A program made the translations under genes and the position numbers. The notes below the pieces were generated by a model. That model did not search any database. It had not been told where the DNA came from and worked only from the letters and a program-made list of their open reading frames with translations. Shown here piece by piece: positions 13,140-23,959 of a stretch of 64,000 bases of DNA (its first letter is position 1; each line of letters starts with the position of its first letter). The stretch comes from Hydrolagus affinis (taxonomy: Eukaryota): NCBI GenBank assembly GCA_012026655.1, contig JAAILG010000389.1, positions 1 through 64,000 on the forward strand, given 5' to 3'.

Positions 13140-14039
13140 TACAACACTTGATAAAAGCCTTAAGCACAATGCTTTTTAAATAAAATATGCTAGTTGGCTA
13201 GAAAACAGGATCTTAAATATGCCAGATATGTTAGGCACCACTGCAAATTATTCTAGTTTTCATATGTAACGAATACCAACAGATTCAAACAGACTGGTAG
13301 ATTCAATATGCCACCTCTTCGGAGTGAAAGTGTTAGTGAAAGAAAATCATTCTGTTCCAATCACCTCATCAAACTGAAAATTTAAAAGTAAAAATACAAA
13401 ATTAAAAGTAAAAATATATTATGCAAACTTACACAAAGATTGCAACTGATATAGCGACTTTCACATGTGGAGGGTGTCCCAAAGCACCACAAAACTTAAT
13501 GCAGAGTATTGTGTCTATCTGCAGGCAAACATAGCGAATGTTCTCACAAGTTTTTTTTTTTGGCAATTTCTTACAGATTCCTAAATAAGGAATTCAATAG
13601 GGAACTTGTCCTGATGACTGGAAGGACATCAAGTACTGCATACAGACCCACAGGAGATTGAGTCACGGTAGATTGAGTCAGACCTGAGTTTCTAAGGGTT
13701 ATTTCCATTTTCCTTATTCATGAACTCCTGTTTGAAGTCACCACATATTAGACCCCATTATACAAAGCTTTTTAAAAGTTAAGTTTAATGATATTTTTAA
13801 AGAAAGTTAGGAGTCTGATTTTTTTTTTTAAAAACAAACAAATGGTATGAATGAAATGAACCCAGCGCATATAAAAAGCCAAATGCAACAATGGAAAATC
13901 GCTAAAATTGTTTGATGTTCAGAACTTCCCTGAAGTGTGTTGGAAGCATTTCAAGGGTGAAAACACCACTCTGCCAATACATCAAATCATTCAATAATTA
14001 TGCTCTCTCAGTATGCATCTTTTAACTTCTTAACACATC

Positions 14040-14205
14040 AATAATGATAATAATATCCCAGCCTTTGATACAGCGCTTTATCACATCAAGGAGACATTTC
14101 AGATACATCACAGGATAAACTGTAAATTTGTGTGAACAACAACAACAAAATTACATTTATATAATGCCTTTCACGTTGGGAGGATGGCCCAAGGCGCTGG
14201 GCAAA
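14040..14205 (-). mobile_element. SINE tail and adjacent L2 tail
   Basis: Both match tail consensus sequences seen elsewhere in the window. Confidence 0.65.
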
Positions 14206-14769
14206 TGTGTCAGCCCATTTGTGTACAGCAATGTTCCACGGGGCGAATTCCCAATTTTATTTATGGGATTGTTGGTTAGGACACAAGAAGAAACTTCCTT
14301 CTCAGAATACTAATAATAACATACCAATAATAATGATCAGTCTTATATTTGCTGTAATATCTATTCATATTCTATTCATATCAAAACATCTCAAAGTTCC
14401 TTAATTATTCTGTGAAGTGTAGTGACAGTGTACCCGTTGGCTAACTATATTAAGCAGGAGAGGGAGCAGACAGAGGAAAAAGATGAGCAATAGACTAGCC
14501 TTTGAAGCTCTTTGCAAAGTCCAGAGGACAAGCATTGAGAGGATACCTGCAGTTTAACATGCCTCAGGGCAAAATTAAATCATACAGCTCCTTCAAAACA
14601 TTTCACCACAGATTAGGCAGAATGTCATGATATCCATGAACCAGTTCAGTCAAAAAAAATTATTTTCTGATACAACAGCAATTTACCATATTCAATTTGT
14701 TGGAAAATGACATTGAATTTCTGGTACTGTTCTTCCCAATAAAGGAGCATACCATAATACAGTATAATA

Positions 14770-15142
14770 CTAACAATAAACCTTGCACTTGATATAGCGT
14801 CTTATCACGTATTCAAGATGTCTCAAAGGCTTCACAAATATACTGTTAAATGAATTGACTCTATACAGTATTTTGCGGAATGTGGCAGCCAATTGCACAA
14901 AGCAGTGTCCTGCAAACATTCATGGATTGAGTGACCAAATTATTATTATTTTTGGAAGGATTATTATTCCCGGGAAAGCAATCTGCCAATCGACCAATAA
15001 CCAGGTCCCTTCTTACTGCTAAGTAAACAGAGGAGTGTGTTTGGAGTAAGGAAACGTGCCTAAGGCTTTGCTCTGTCCAGGAATCAAACCCATGTCCTAT
15101 CGCTTGTGAGGCAAGCACCCTAACTACCTCACTACAGGACTC
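14770..15142 (-). mobile_element. tRNA-derived SINE, near full length
   Basis: Reverse complement of the same head, core and tail as 6513-6896. Confidence 0.9.
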
Positions 15143-15571
15143 CATGATGGACCCAAGGCCAGTCAAGTAGCTTCAGAAAGACTGTCAGACCATCTCAGAC
15201 GGAGAGATGTGATAACAAGCAATATGATGGGAGTCAGGTGGTTAAGGCCCAGGGTCAAATGCAAAGTCGGAATCCAATTTAAAACTAGTTGCTTATTCAG
15301 TTTTAGTGAGGGGCAAATAAGCAACTCTGCTCCTACGCATGCTTAATATAGAGTCAACAGATACACAGTCACTATATGTTTATAGAATAATTGAGGTGCT
15401 TTGAGATGTTTTGATATAATAATGTTTAACTCTACAAAAAGCTAAATTGCCTTTCTAAAGATTGAGACAATGCCTTTCTTCAGCTTCAAGGGGAAAATGG
15501 GAGTCACTAATGCAAGGCTACACTGCTGATGTTCCAATCCCTTTTGTAAGAACAGCAAGTGAGATACTGTA

Positions 15572-15676
15572 CATAGAATCATATGGCACAAAAGGAGGCT
15601 ATTTGGCCCATCGAGTCAGTGCCGGCTCTTCAAAAAGAGCAATTCAATCCCACTCCCCAGCTCTCTCCCCATAACC
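15572..15676 (-). mobile_element. CR1 LINE 3' UTR fragment
   Basis: CATAGAATCATATGGCACAAAAGGAGGCTATTTGGCCCATCG is a reverse-complemented CR1 tail. Related copies lie near 56390 and 59150. Confidence 0.7.
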
Positions 15677-15696
15677 GCACAACCAGTCGATATCGA

Positions 15697-16655
15697 CATA
15701 TATGCAGATGGCACCAACTCTACCTTTCCGCTTCCACCCTCGACTCCACGACTACTAGAGTTCTGACTGCATGTCTGTCCGACATTGAGTCCTGGACGAG
15801 GGACAATTTCCTGCAATTGAACGTGAGTAAGACCGAGGCCCTCCTGATCGGCTCAAGCCAGCGCCTCCGCACATCGGGCGCTGCCAGCCTCAACATCCTA
15901 GGCTGCACTCTCCACCTCACGAAGCCAATCAGGAACCTCGGCATCATGTTCGATCAAAAACTCTCCTTCCTCCCCCACATCCGTGCCTTGACCGGCACCG
16001 CTTATTTCCACCTGCGCAATATTGCCAGGCTCCGCAACTATCTTACCCCCCGCGCTGCCGAAACACTTGTACACGCCTACATCACTTTGAGGCTCGATNN
16101 NNNNNNNNNNNNNNNNNNNNNNNNNNNNNNNNNNNNNNNNNNNNNNNNNNNNNNNNNNNNNNNNNNNNNNNNNNNNNNNNNNNNNNNNNNNNNNNNNNTG
16201 GCTCCCCATTCTCCAGAGGATCGAGTTCAAGATCCTCGTCCTCACCTTCAAGGCCTTACACGGCCTTGCCCCGTCCTATTTAACCACTCTACTCTCCCCC
16301 TACAAGCCCACCCGGACCCTCCGTTCAGCAGGACTCGGCCTGCTCCAAGCCCCCCGCCCGAACCGCCCCTCCATCGGAAGCCGGGCCTTCAGTTTCTCCG
16401 CTCCCACCCTATGGAATTCTATCCCCCAATCCCTTCATCTCGTTTCTTCCCTTTCCTCTTTCAAGGCCGGTTTGAAGACTTTGCTCTTCAACCGTGCCTT
16501 CTGTTCCACCCCAAATTTTTCGACCTCCCCTTCGTGTTTCACCCCCACCCAAACACTCTCCTCCCAGCTCGGGTCACACGCCCCCTGTGCAGCGCCTTGG
16601 GACGTCCTCCCGACGTGAAAGGCGCTCTATAAATGTAATTTGTTGTTGTTGTTGT
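15697..16655 (+). mobile_element. L2 LINE, 3' part of ORF2 (reverse transcriptase) and tail, interrupted by an assembly gap
   Basis: YADG/QLYLS...CLSDIESWTRDNFLQLNVSKTEALLIG...IRNLGIMFDQKLSF...AYFHLRNIARLR...LVHAYITLRLD [gap] WLPILQRIEFKILVLTFKALHGLAPSYL...LWNSIP. Ends GTGAAAGGCGCTCTATAAATGTAATTT(TGT)n. Confidence 0.93.
16099..16198. other. Assembly gap (100 N)
   Basis: Run of exactly 100 N, probably a placeholder of unknown true size. Confidence 0.99.
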
Positions 16656-19381
16656 TAGTTCTGGTAGCTTTCCACAAACACTAGGGAAACTGGTGCACAA
16701 GTACGTGACAACAAAACCATCTTACATCGAAAGGAGTGGCCTCGAAGCAATTCGGGTGGTGGTAGAAATGTTTGCTTGCACCTTCTTCTTCCCTGGCTGT
16801 TGCTAAAACTAATTTGTAAATATTTTGTGAAGTGACATTTGAAGTATTTGGTGGGCAAATGTATTTTGTGTAGATTAGCTCCGAGACTGGAACAGACCAC
16901 CTTTTGGCAAGCAATGCTGTTAAACGCAAAACAAGAAAATCCATTATATACCTTGTAATCTCAACTGTCTGCAGGGATAAAGAAATCCTGGTTAGAAGTC
17001 AAAGAAAATCACAACCGGGTAAAAAATCTCTAGATGTCAAATGTTTGAAACCTGAATTTTGGTTCAACGTAGGATGCTTGCTGCAGTTGAATAAATTTAA
17101 GAGAATTTAAACAGGCTAATAAAGGACAAACATCTTCATTTTTTAAAAAAGTTTTCTCATTAAACTCCGATGTTGAAGAAATACCATTAGGTAACACTGA
17201 GCTGAACAGAAAGGACCCTGGCATCTTAGCTACAGCAGAATTGGCATTTGCACCACTGGGGTAGGGATATGGAAAATATGAGCTAGTGCTCCAATTTCCA
17301 GTCAATGACCCATATGGGGATGACGTCAAGGACAAGATCAGATAACTATAATTTTACAGCTCAGTAACCATTGTGTAATAATAATTAGCATAACAGTTGA
17401 CATAGCATCCTTCACGTGGTGAGGACATCTCAAAGTGCTTCACAGGGTGAGAGTGGATATTTTATGGGTAAATGCATTTTGTACAGGATCATACATGAAA
17501 AATGACACAAACCTCAATGCGGTGAATTGGAGTAGCATTGATAAGAGGCTGGAGAGCAGCTTGGCTACATGTTCTTGATCACAAGATGTGCATGCCGTGT
17601 TCACACATAAATGAGTCACATTTTAAAAACAGCCAAACATGTAGAACTAGAGACAGGTACTTCATTAACTTTAGTACTCAAACTAGGGAACATTTAGGCA
17701 TTTCCAATTAACCACAAATTTAATATTTGGCTATGTATTTGGAATCAATGCCAAAAAAGTTTACTCATAACTCAGTGTTTACAATTCTAATATGCTGAGG
17801 TTACAGGCCAGGTTTTACTGGAACATAAACACAGGGGTGCTGTTTCTATTTCAAGTTAAAAACAGAATGAAGAGAGAAAACCTCATAAAACTTGGTGAAA
17901 GCTTAACATTGCATTTGCTCAAGATCACATTCAAGTACAGAATGCTTATAGACACAAGCTTACGTCTAAATCACTTTCAAAATGTAACATTAAGCGAGTA
18001 GAAAATCACTTATATAATTTGATGGGGGGGTGGGGGGAAAGAGGAAAATCAAAGATGTTTATTGATTGCAATGAGATCAAAGAGCAAAGGAAAGCCAAAC
18101 TATAACAGCCACAAAACGAATTAGGCAATGATCAACATTAAGCAAGTTGAAATAAAGTGAAAGGTGTTCTCACCATTAACAATGCCAATTGTCCTGCATT
18201 TCACCCAAGCAGTCATTCTTCATGGGTGAGCTCAGATAGTGAAGGACATGCAGCTATTCTACTTTTTGTTTTGTTTTTAAAAACTGAGTACAATCCAGCC
18301 TTCATGGCAATTATCTTAACATTTTTAACCACATGCTCCACATTTTTCCTCCAAATGCAATAGCAATTCATGACTGCGAGTAAAATTAATTTAGAAAATA
18401 ATTTGCATGTAACCATAGGAGCTTCTTCCCTCTAGAACTTAGTGCATCAAACTGCGCAATAAATATTTAAGAGTGCACATGGAGATCTCTTCAGTGTGGA
18501 CAATCACACAGTGCAGAACAAGCCTCTATAGACACTCTAACCCAATCAACAAATCCTACCAACTGTATATTTATGTGACCTTTCATCTGCTGCCATCAGA
18601 AAGATATACAGTAGCACAGAAATCAAAGCTGAATCTGCAAATGTCACCAACAAATTCTGTTTCTGCATTAACTGGGGCAAACATTTTCAGGATTTCTGAA
18701 CACTAGAGCTGGAAAGTGCCAGTTAGAAAATGTTAACTTGAAAAAGTAAATTTACAGTGTAGGAATATAGGAAAGTACAATAACCAAAAGGCCTGATATG
18801 TTACTTGTTAATGACAAGTTAATGGACAATTACCTAAATTTATTTGATCAAGGATATGCCCTAAAATGGGAGGCAGAAGATGAGATTAGCCACATTCCCA
18901 ATTATGCCACACAATCAAGGTCCAATGCATATTTAATATCCACTGAGTGATCAGGAAGTTTCAAGTTTTAACTCTGCAAGACTTGGGAAAGGATACTTAA
19001 ATTTGCTATGGAAGGAATGCAAAGTAAAATTTATTTTCCAGTGCCTTGGAAAGTCCTCTTTATGTGAAAGGAGCTATACAAATTAATTTTTTGTTGAATC
19101 AGGCTTCATCTTACAACTAAAATGTTAGGTAAATTTTAAAACTGTAGGGAACGTTATTAAATAAAGTTTGCTCTTCTAACATTAAATATCCTTTGCATTG
19201 CTTTAGAATAATTTCTGGACATTTATTAAAACCATCAATAAAGTTAAACTGAACTGTGGAGTTTTCCCCCACACCCATAAAGTGAAGCTTGAAGCTATTT
19301 TATACCTGTACAGAAATGCTGTTAAAGTTCTTAAAGGGTTATTATTATCTTCAAATGAAAGTAGATAAAACTGCAAGTTAC

Positions 19382-19534
19382 CTTCTTTTCTGGCATTTCA
19401 ACAACTCTCCACTCATTCGCCTTCAGGTGATAAAGTTCATCAAACTTCATGCTGATGTCTTCAATGGAAAGCTGCAGCATATCCCAAAAGCCAGCCAGAT
19501 CTTGTGCAGTGGGTCGTGGGTTTGTATTTTGATT
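19382..19534 (-). CDS. DLGAP4: DLGAP4 penultimate coding exon (GKAP/GH1 domain), 153 nt
   Basis: ctctag|AAT...AAGAAG|gtaact, phase 0 to 0. NQNTNPRPTAQDLAGFWDMLQLSIEDISMKFDELYHLKANEWRVVEMPEKK. Confidence 0.96.
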
Positions 19535-20034
19535 CTAGAGTAAAATCAATAGAAGAAAATGAAATGATTTCTCGTCTTGTTTCCTTCCCTTAAACTTGTC
19601 AGATAGCTTTTTTTAAAAAAAAATTAAGTGCTTGTGTTAGACTTCACCCGTCAAGTGTCCTTCAAAAATAAATCAACCCTTTGTGGCCACCTTCAAAAGC
19701 ATATTTTTTTTCTTCAGCCAACTAACTACAGTGCATAGCTTCACACAATGTTTTTTAGTATTCTATTTTACTTTGCTGAAGTCAGAGAAGGAGCAGGAAA
19801 TTCTGTGGGGCAACTTCATGAGTGTATTGACCTTGTTATAAAGTTACCATTGTTTTGTTTATCACAAGACTTCAGCTCTCTGAACTGCCTTAAAGCTCCT
19901 TAAAGCTGTCTGAAACCACCATCAATTCAATAGGAAACTGCTTTTTTTTATAGATAACAATTTCAAAGTAGGAATATGCATAAATCACAGAGACCCATCT
20001 CTGGTCAAACAAAGTATACTGATGGGATCAGTGA

Positions 20035-20375
20035 GAATAATAATCCTTGCATTTGATAGTGCCTTATCATGCCTTCAAGGTGTCTCAAAGCACTCCAGTG
20101 TATGCTGTAAAATGAATTGACTGTATATTTTGTGGGCAAAATGTGGTAGTCAATCGCACACAGTATTGTCCCACAAATTCTGTCGTGAAATGAATGACCA
20201 AATACTTATTTGGGAGGAGGGATTATCACCCCTGGAAAGCAGTGCAGCAATCGAATAAGCTGGTTCCTACGTACTGCTAGGTAAACAGGTGCGTATATGG
20301 AGTAAGGAAACTTGACTACGGTTTTGCCCTGCCCAGGAATTGAACCGCTTGAGAGGCCTAACCAGTACCCTACAG
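20035..20375 (-). mobile_element. tRNA-derived SINE
   Basis: Same family head, core and tail, with a partly deleted head. Confidence 0.85.
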
Positions 20376-20559
20376 GTAGTAATTAACATAGAGTTTTACA
20401 ATGTCCCTTTCCCCTCCTCGCCTGTAAGGCACTCAAGGCATAATAGTTTTATGGTAATGAGAAGATCTGCAATTTTTATTGCTAACTCATCCATCACAAT
20501 TAGAAATTAAATTGCCAATTGCTATTTGCTCAAATGTATTGCTGAAAATAAGTACTTAC

Positions 20560-20651
20560 CAGATTTTGCTCACAGAGACCATGGAATTGCTGGAATTTCT
20601 GAGACATCAAAAGCTGTGCACTTCCAATTGCACTCCGAATTTTTCCTAGGA
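20560..20651 (-). CDS. DLGAP4: DLGAP4 coding exon, 92 nt
   Basis: ttctttag|TC...CTG|gtaagt, phase 1 to 0. (V)LGKIRSAIGSAQLLMSQKFQQFHGLCEQNL. Confidence 0.96.
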
Positions 20652-21099
20652 CTAAAGAAAAGGATAGTTATACACTTCCTGAATCATAAGATCATTGATC
20701 CGGATAAGAAGTCCAAAAGGAAAAGGTTTGTACTGGAATTTAACAAATCTATATCCAAATTGAAGTGCTCTGGGACACTAACCCATGTGAAGGCGCTATT
20801 TAAATGCAGGTTGTTGTAGAATATCTGTAACCACTCTCGTGAATCACTAGTCAAGAAAGCAAATTCAATTGCTATTTTTTGTAGTTATCCAGTTATTTAC
20901 AGTTGAAATGTGAACATTATATGCCACTTAATCCTTCAGTTCAAAATTATTTTCCAAACCAAGGCATTCCACTTTTTGTAGCTTTAATTTTCTCCTCCAG
21001 AAGCCCACCCTACAAACAGGAAGTGTAGACGAGGAACCGAAGGCAAGTGACACATACATCATTTTGATTCCCCTATTGGGGAAGTGATGCAGTTAATCT

Positions 21100-21215
21100 T
21101 AGTGGCCGCCCACAAATACAGTGAATTGATTTTATAGTATATTCTGTGAAGCACTTTGAGACATCTAGAAGATGTGAAAAGTGCTATATCAAATGCAAGG
21201 ATTATTATTATTGTT
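21100..21215 (+). mobile_element. SINE 3' fragment
   Basis: CTGTGAAGCACTTTGAGACATCTAGAAGATGTGAAAAGTGCTATATCAAATGCAAGGATTATTATT. Confidence 0.8.
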
Positions 21216-21372
21216 AGTGAAATGCCAGTGCCTATAAGGCAAGCTTTAAGAATTTTCCACAATCCTCAAAATAAATATTAAAAAGTTTTCACTTCGGGCT
21301 CAAAACACCACAATTATTTGATCTTGCAACATACTAAGACGCAGGAAAACAACAATACTTCTATCAGTATAC

Positions 21373-21791
21373 CTTCTTCAGACAGATTATTTTCTTTGGT
21401 TTCTGTCTCCATCTGATGACACCATCCTTCCATTCTCTCCTTTTCTGCTTGTAACAGTTTTAAGAACCAAAAGCCATCCCGACGGCAGGAAGTTGCCTGC
21501 ACTGGCTCCACAGGTAGGTTATTTGTAGATTCTAACCATGGTTCGGGTGGGGGTAAAGAAGATGGGTCTAGAGCTGGGTCCAAATTGTCTCCATAAGCAA
21601 AAGCTTTATTTTTTGTCTGGGAACCTTTTGCGTGCTGTCGTAAAGCAGGTTCGGGGTTCGAAGCATTGTGATGCTGAGAAGAGTCTGAAAATTTATTAAT
21701 TTTGTCCTGGGATCCAGTGATTGAATTCCCACACTCTTGCGCATCAGAATCAATCTCTTGTTTTGAAGTCATGCTGCTAGAGCGGCCAGTC
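21373..21791 (-). CDS. DLGAP4: DLGAP4 coding exon, 419 nt
   Basis: gaacag|G...GAAG|gtatac, phase 2 to 1. TGRSSSMTSKQEIDSDAQE...YGDNLDPALDPSSLPPPEPWLE...CRRDGFWFLKLLQAEKERMEGWCHQMETETKENNLSEE. ETKENNLSEE is DLGAP4-type. Confidence 0.96.
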
Positions 21792-22282
21792 CTGTTCAAA
21801 TAATGAGAAGGTATAGAATTAATTAACTTATCTTTTAAAATTAGTTAATTATAAGGTTTGCCTATGAGTAAACTATCTTTACGAAAATCCTGATTGAAAT
21901 CATGGTGTAAAAGACCCTGTCAAAAATGTACAATATAATTTCAGACAGGTGAAAGTTTTAATACAAATGACCAATCTGGACTTTAAAAGCCGCCTTTAAC
22001 ACACTTAAAAATTCAGAAGCAATATTCATAAGTATACTCAGTTGTACAATCTGCTAAAATAGTTGTAGCTAGAATCCTTTTCTGGCGATCTTATTTGAAA
22101 CCTTCAGTGAACTCACAATAGAGGGAAATAACCAGAGCGAACACACTACAGTAAGTGGAGCCAAGTCCACTTGAAATGCATTTATGGTAGAATGTTCTGG
22201 AATTAGAAAGGACGTGGGAGTAGTTCCCTGGGCATAATATAGAGAAAATTAAAGCTGTTCATGTGACAACTATTTTACTCAC

Positions 22283-22377
22283 TGCCACTCAGTCTCTACT
22301 TGTATTCCAATCGATTGGAACTTGTTAATGAGTTGAGTGTCTTCTTCCTTGATCACACTATGCTGCATACAGTCAAC
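22283..22377 (-). CDS. DLGAP4: DLGAP4 coding exon, 95 nt (not in ORF track)
   Basis: ttttctctag|GTT...GGCA|gtgagt, phase 0 to 2. VDCMQHSVIKEEDTQLINKFQSIGIQVETEW, which carries the second LC8/DYNLL-binding-type GIQV motif. Confidence 0.94.
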
Positions 22378-22806
22378 CTAGAGAAAAGAAACGTGACCAA
22401 GTCCACGCTTACTCTTTGTCCATTTCAAAAGCTGCGTATAAAGAAAACATTGCCAATAGTTTCTACAGGAAACTAATCAAACTGTTGAGATTATGGTTAG
22501 CTTCAACTTGCTGTTAAGTTCTGAATACTTTAACAATACAACTTTAAATGACCTACAATTAAACTTTATCCACTGGCCTAGACTAGGAAAGTGTTCCCAG
22601 CGACTTCTATTTTTATTTCAGATTTCCAACATCTGCAATATTTTGCTTTTTTGTAAGTGATTTAACTGTACTGTTCAGATTCCAATATACTTTTTAATCA
22701 AGCATATTACCTGGGGGCTATATCCTAAAATGGTGATTTTTAATTACATTTGCATTATTACGTTGTAAAACTGTATTGTTCCTTTAATTTTTTTCCTTCT
22801 GTAATA

Positions 22807-23501
22807 CAGGTATCCCTCCCCAACTTGGGGTACTTTCCTGAAAACGGAAAGGGGGATACGTTCCTGAAAACCTCCGTGGTTGGTAAAACTGCGATTGGAA
22901 AATACAGGGCCCTATGGGAAACATGGGGATAGGGGGAGTACGTTTGCTTTGTCATGGTTGGAAAATGCAGGGCCCTATTGGAAATATGGGGATAGGGGGA
23001 GTAAGTTTGGCTGCCAGGATCTGCAGATGGTGTCATGGTGGGTGACACGGAGGGTGGGGTGTGTGCAGAAGGTAATGTGGTGGGTGATATGGAGGGTGGG
23101 GGGTAGTGAGTGTGCAGAAGGTGGTGTGGTGGGTGACACGGATGGCGGGAGAGGGGGGGTGACATGGGGATAGAGGGGATAAGTTTGGGAGCATTGGCTG
23201 CCAGGATCTGCAGACACAAAGAGACAGAGAGAGATAAATCAATAGAGATTTACCTTAATCCTAAAAGAGAAGCGACATCTCGCTGGTTGATTGCGACATC
23301 GCAACTGGGTCCTAACGCCAGATACTAGCCCGAAGCTGGTTGATGCAACTAGTCCTAGTGTCAAACGCTAGTGTTAAAACCCATGGATAAGCAAGGGTTA
23401 AGCAATAACCATTGCTTGGTTAGCAAGGGTTGTCACATTTAGCAAACCGTGGGTAAGTGAGTTTAGCGGTTGACGAGGACACGGTTGGGGCGGGGTATCT
23501 G
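22807..23501. mobile_element. Non-autonomous Tigger/pogo-like DNA transposon with internal tandem repeats
   Basis: TA|CAGGTATCCCTCCCCAAC ... GTTGGGGCGGGGTATCTG|TA gives an inverted match of 15 of 18 bases. The interior is GC-rich against AT-rich flanks. Confidence 0.65.
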
Positions 23502-23594
23502 TACAGTTTGCTAAACAGAAAAATCATAAGTCTGAGTTTGTTAAATATTCTGCACAATTACTTTAATTTGGAAAAATTTTCAGCAGAAGTTTAC

Positions 23595-23959
23595 CTGTAT
23601 TCCTATGGAAGAAAGCTTTCTTTTGGGGGGAGGTTCCAACTTTGGTTCCTCAGGAGGGAGTGTTGCTTTCTCACTCGTCAGTGTGGCATTTCTATGTTGG
23701 TTATCCAATTGTTCACGAACTGGGGCATTAAGGCTTCCTGGCTTGGTTGTGTTCAAAGCCCTGGCACTATCCAGGCTGTCTGAAGAATTGCTGCGACCAG
23801 ACTGGCTGTTTATATCACTCTTGTGGTCCTGATTATCAAGGTATGTGTCTTGGGCTGATTCTGTGCTACTCTGGACTGTAACGGATATAAACGGTTTAGA
23901 CGTGGTCCGTGGTGGAACTGGCGGTGGTGTCTTCTTATAAGTGGTTATACACGATGACA
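23595..23959 (-). CDS. DLGAP4: DLGAP4 coding exon, 365 nt
   Basis: ctttccctcccag|TG...CAG|gtaaac, phase 1 to 0. SSCITTYKKTPPPVPPRTTSKPFISVTVQSSTESAQDTYLDNQDHKS...PPPKRKLSSIGIQ. Confidence 0.96.

Noticed and set aside
15583-16632. 349-aa ORF as a host gene
   Set aside because: It is a CR1 tail plus L2 ORF2 read through an N gap, and the part after the gap is in the wrong frame.
22890-23215. CRISPR-like or coding repeat array
   Set aside because: Units are degenerate tandem copies with no unique spacers, in vertebrate DNA. The Pro/Thr/His-rich ORFs are a by-product of the repeats.
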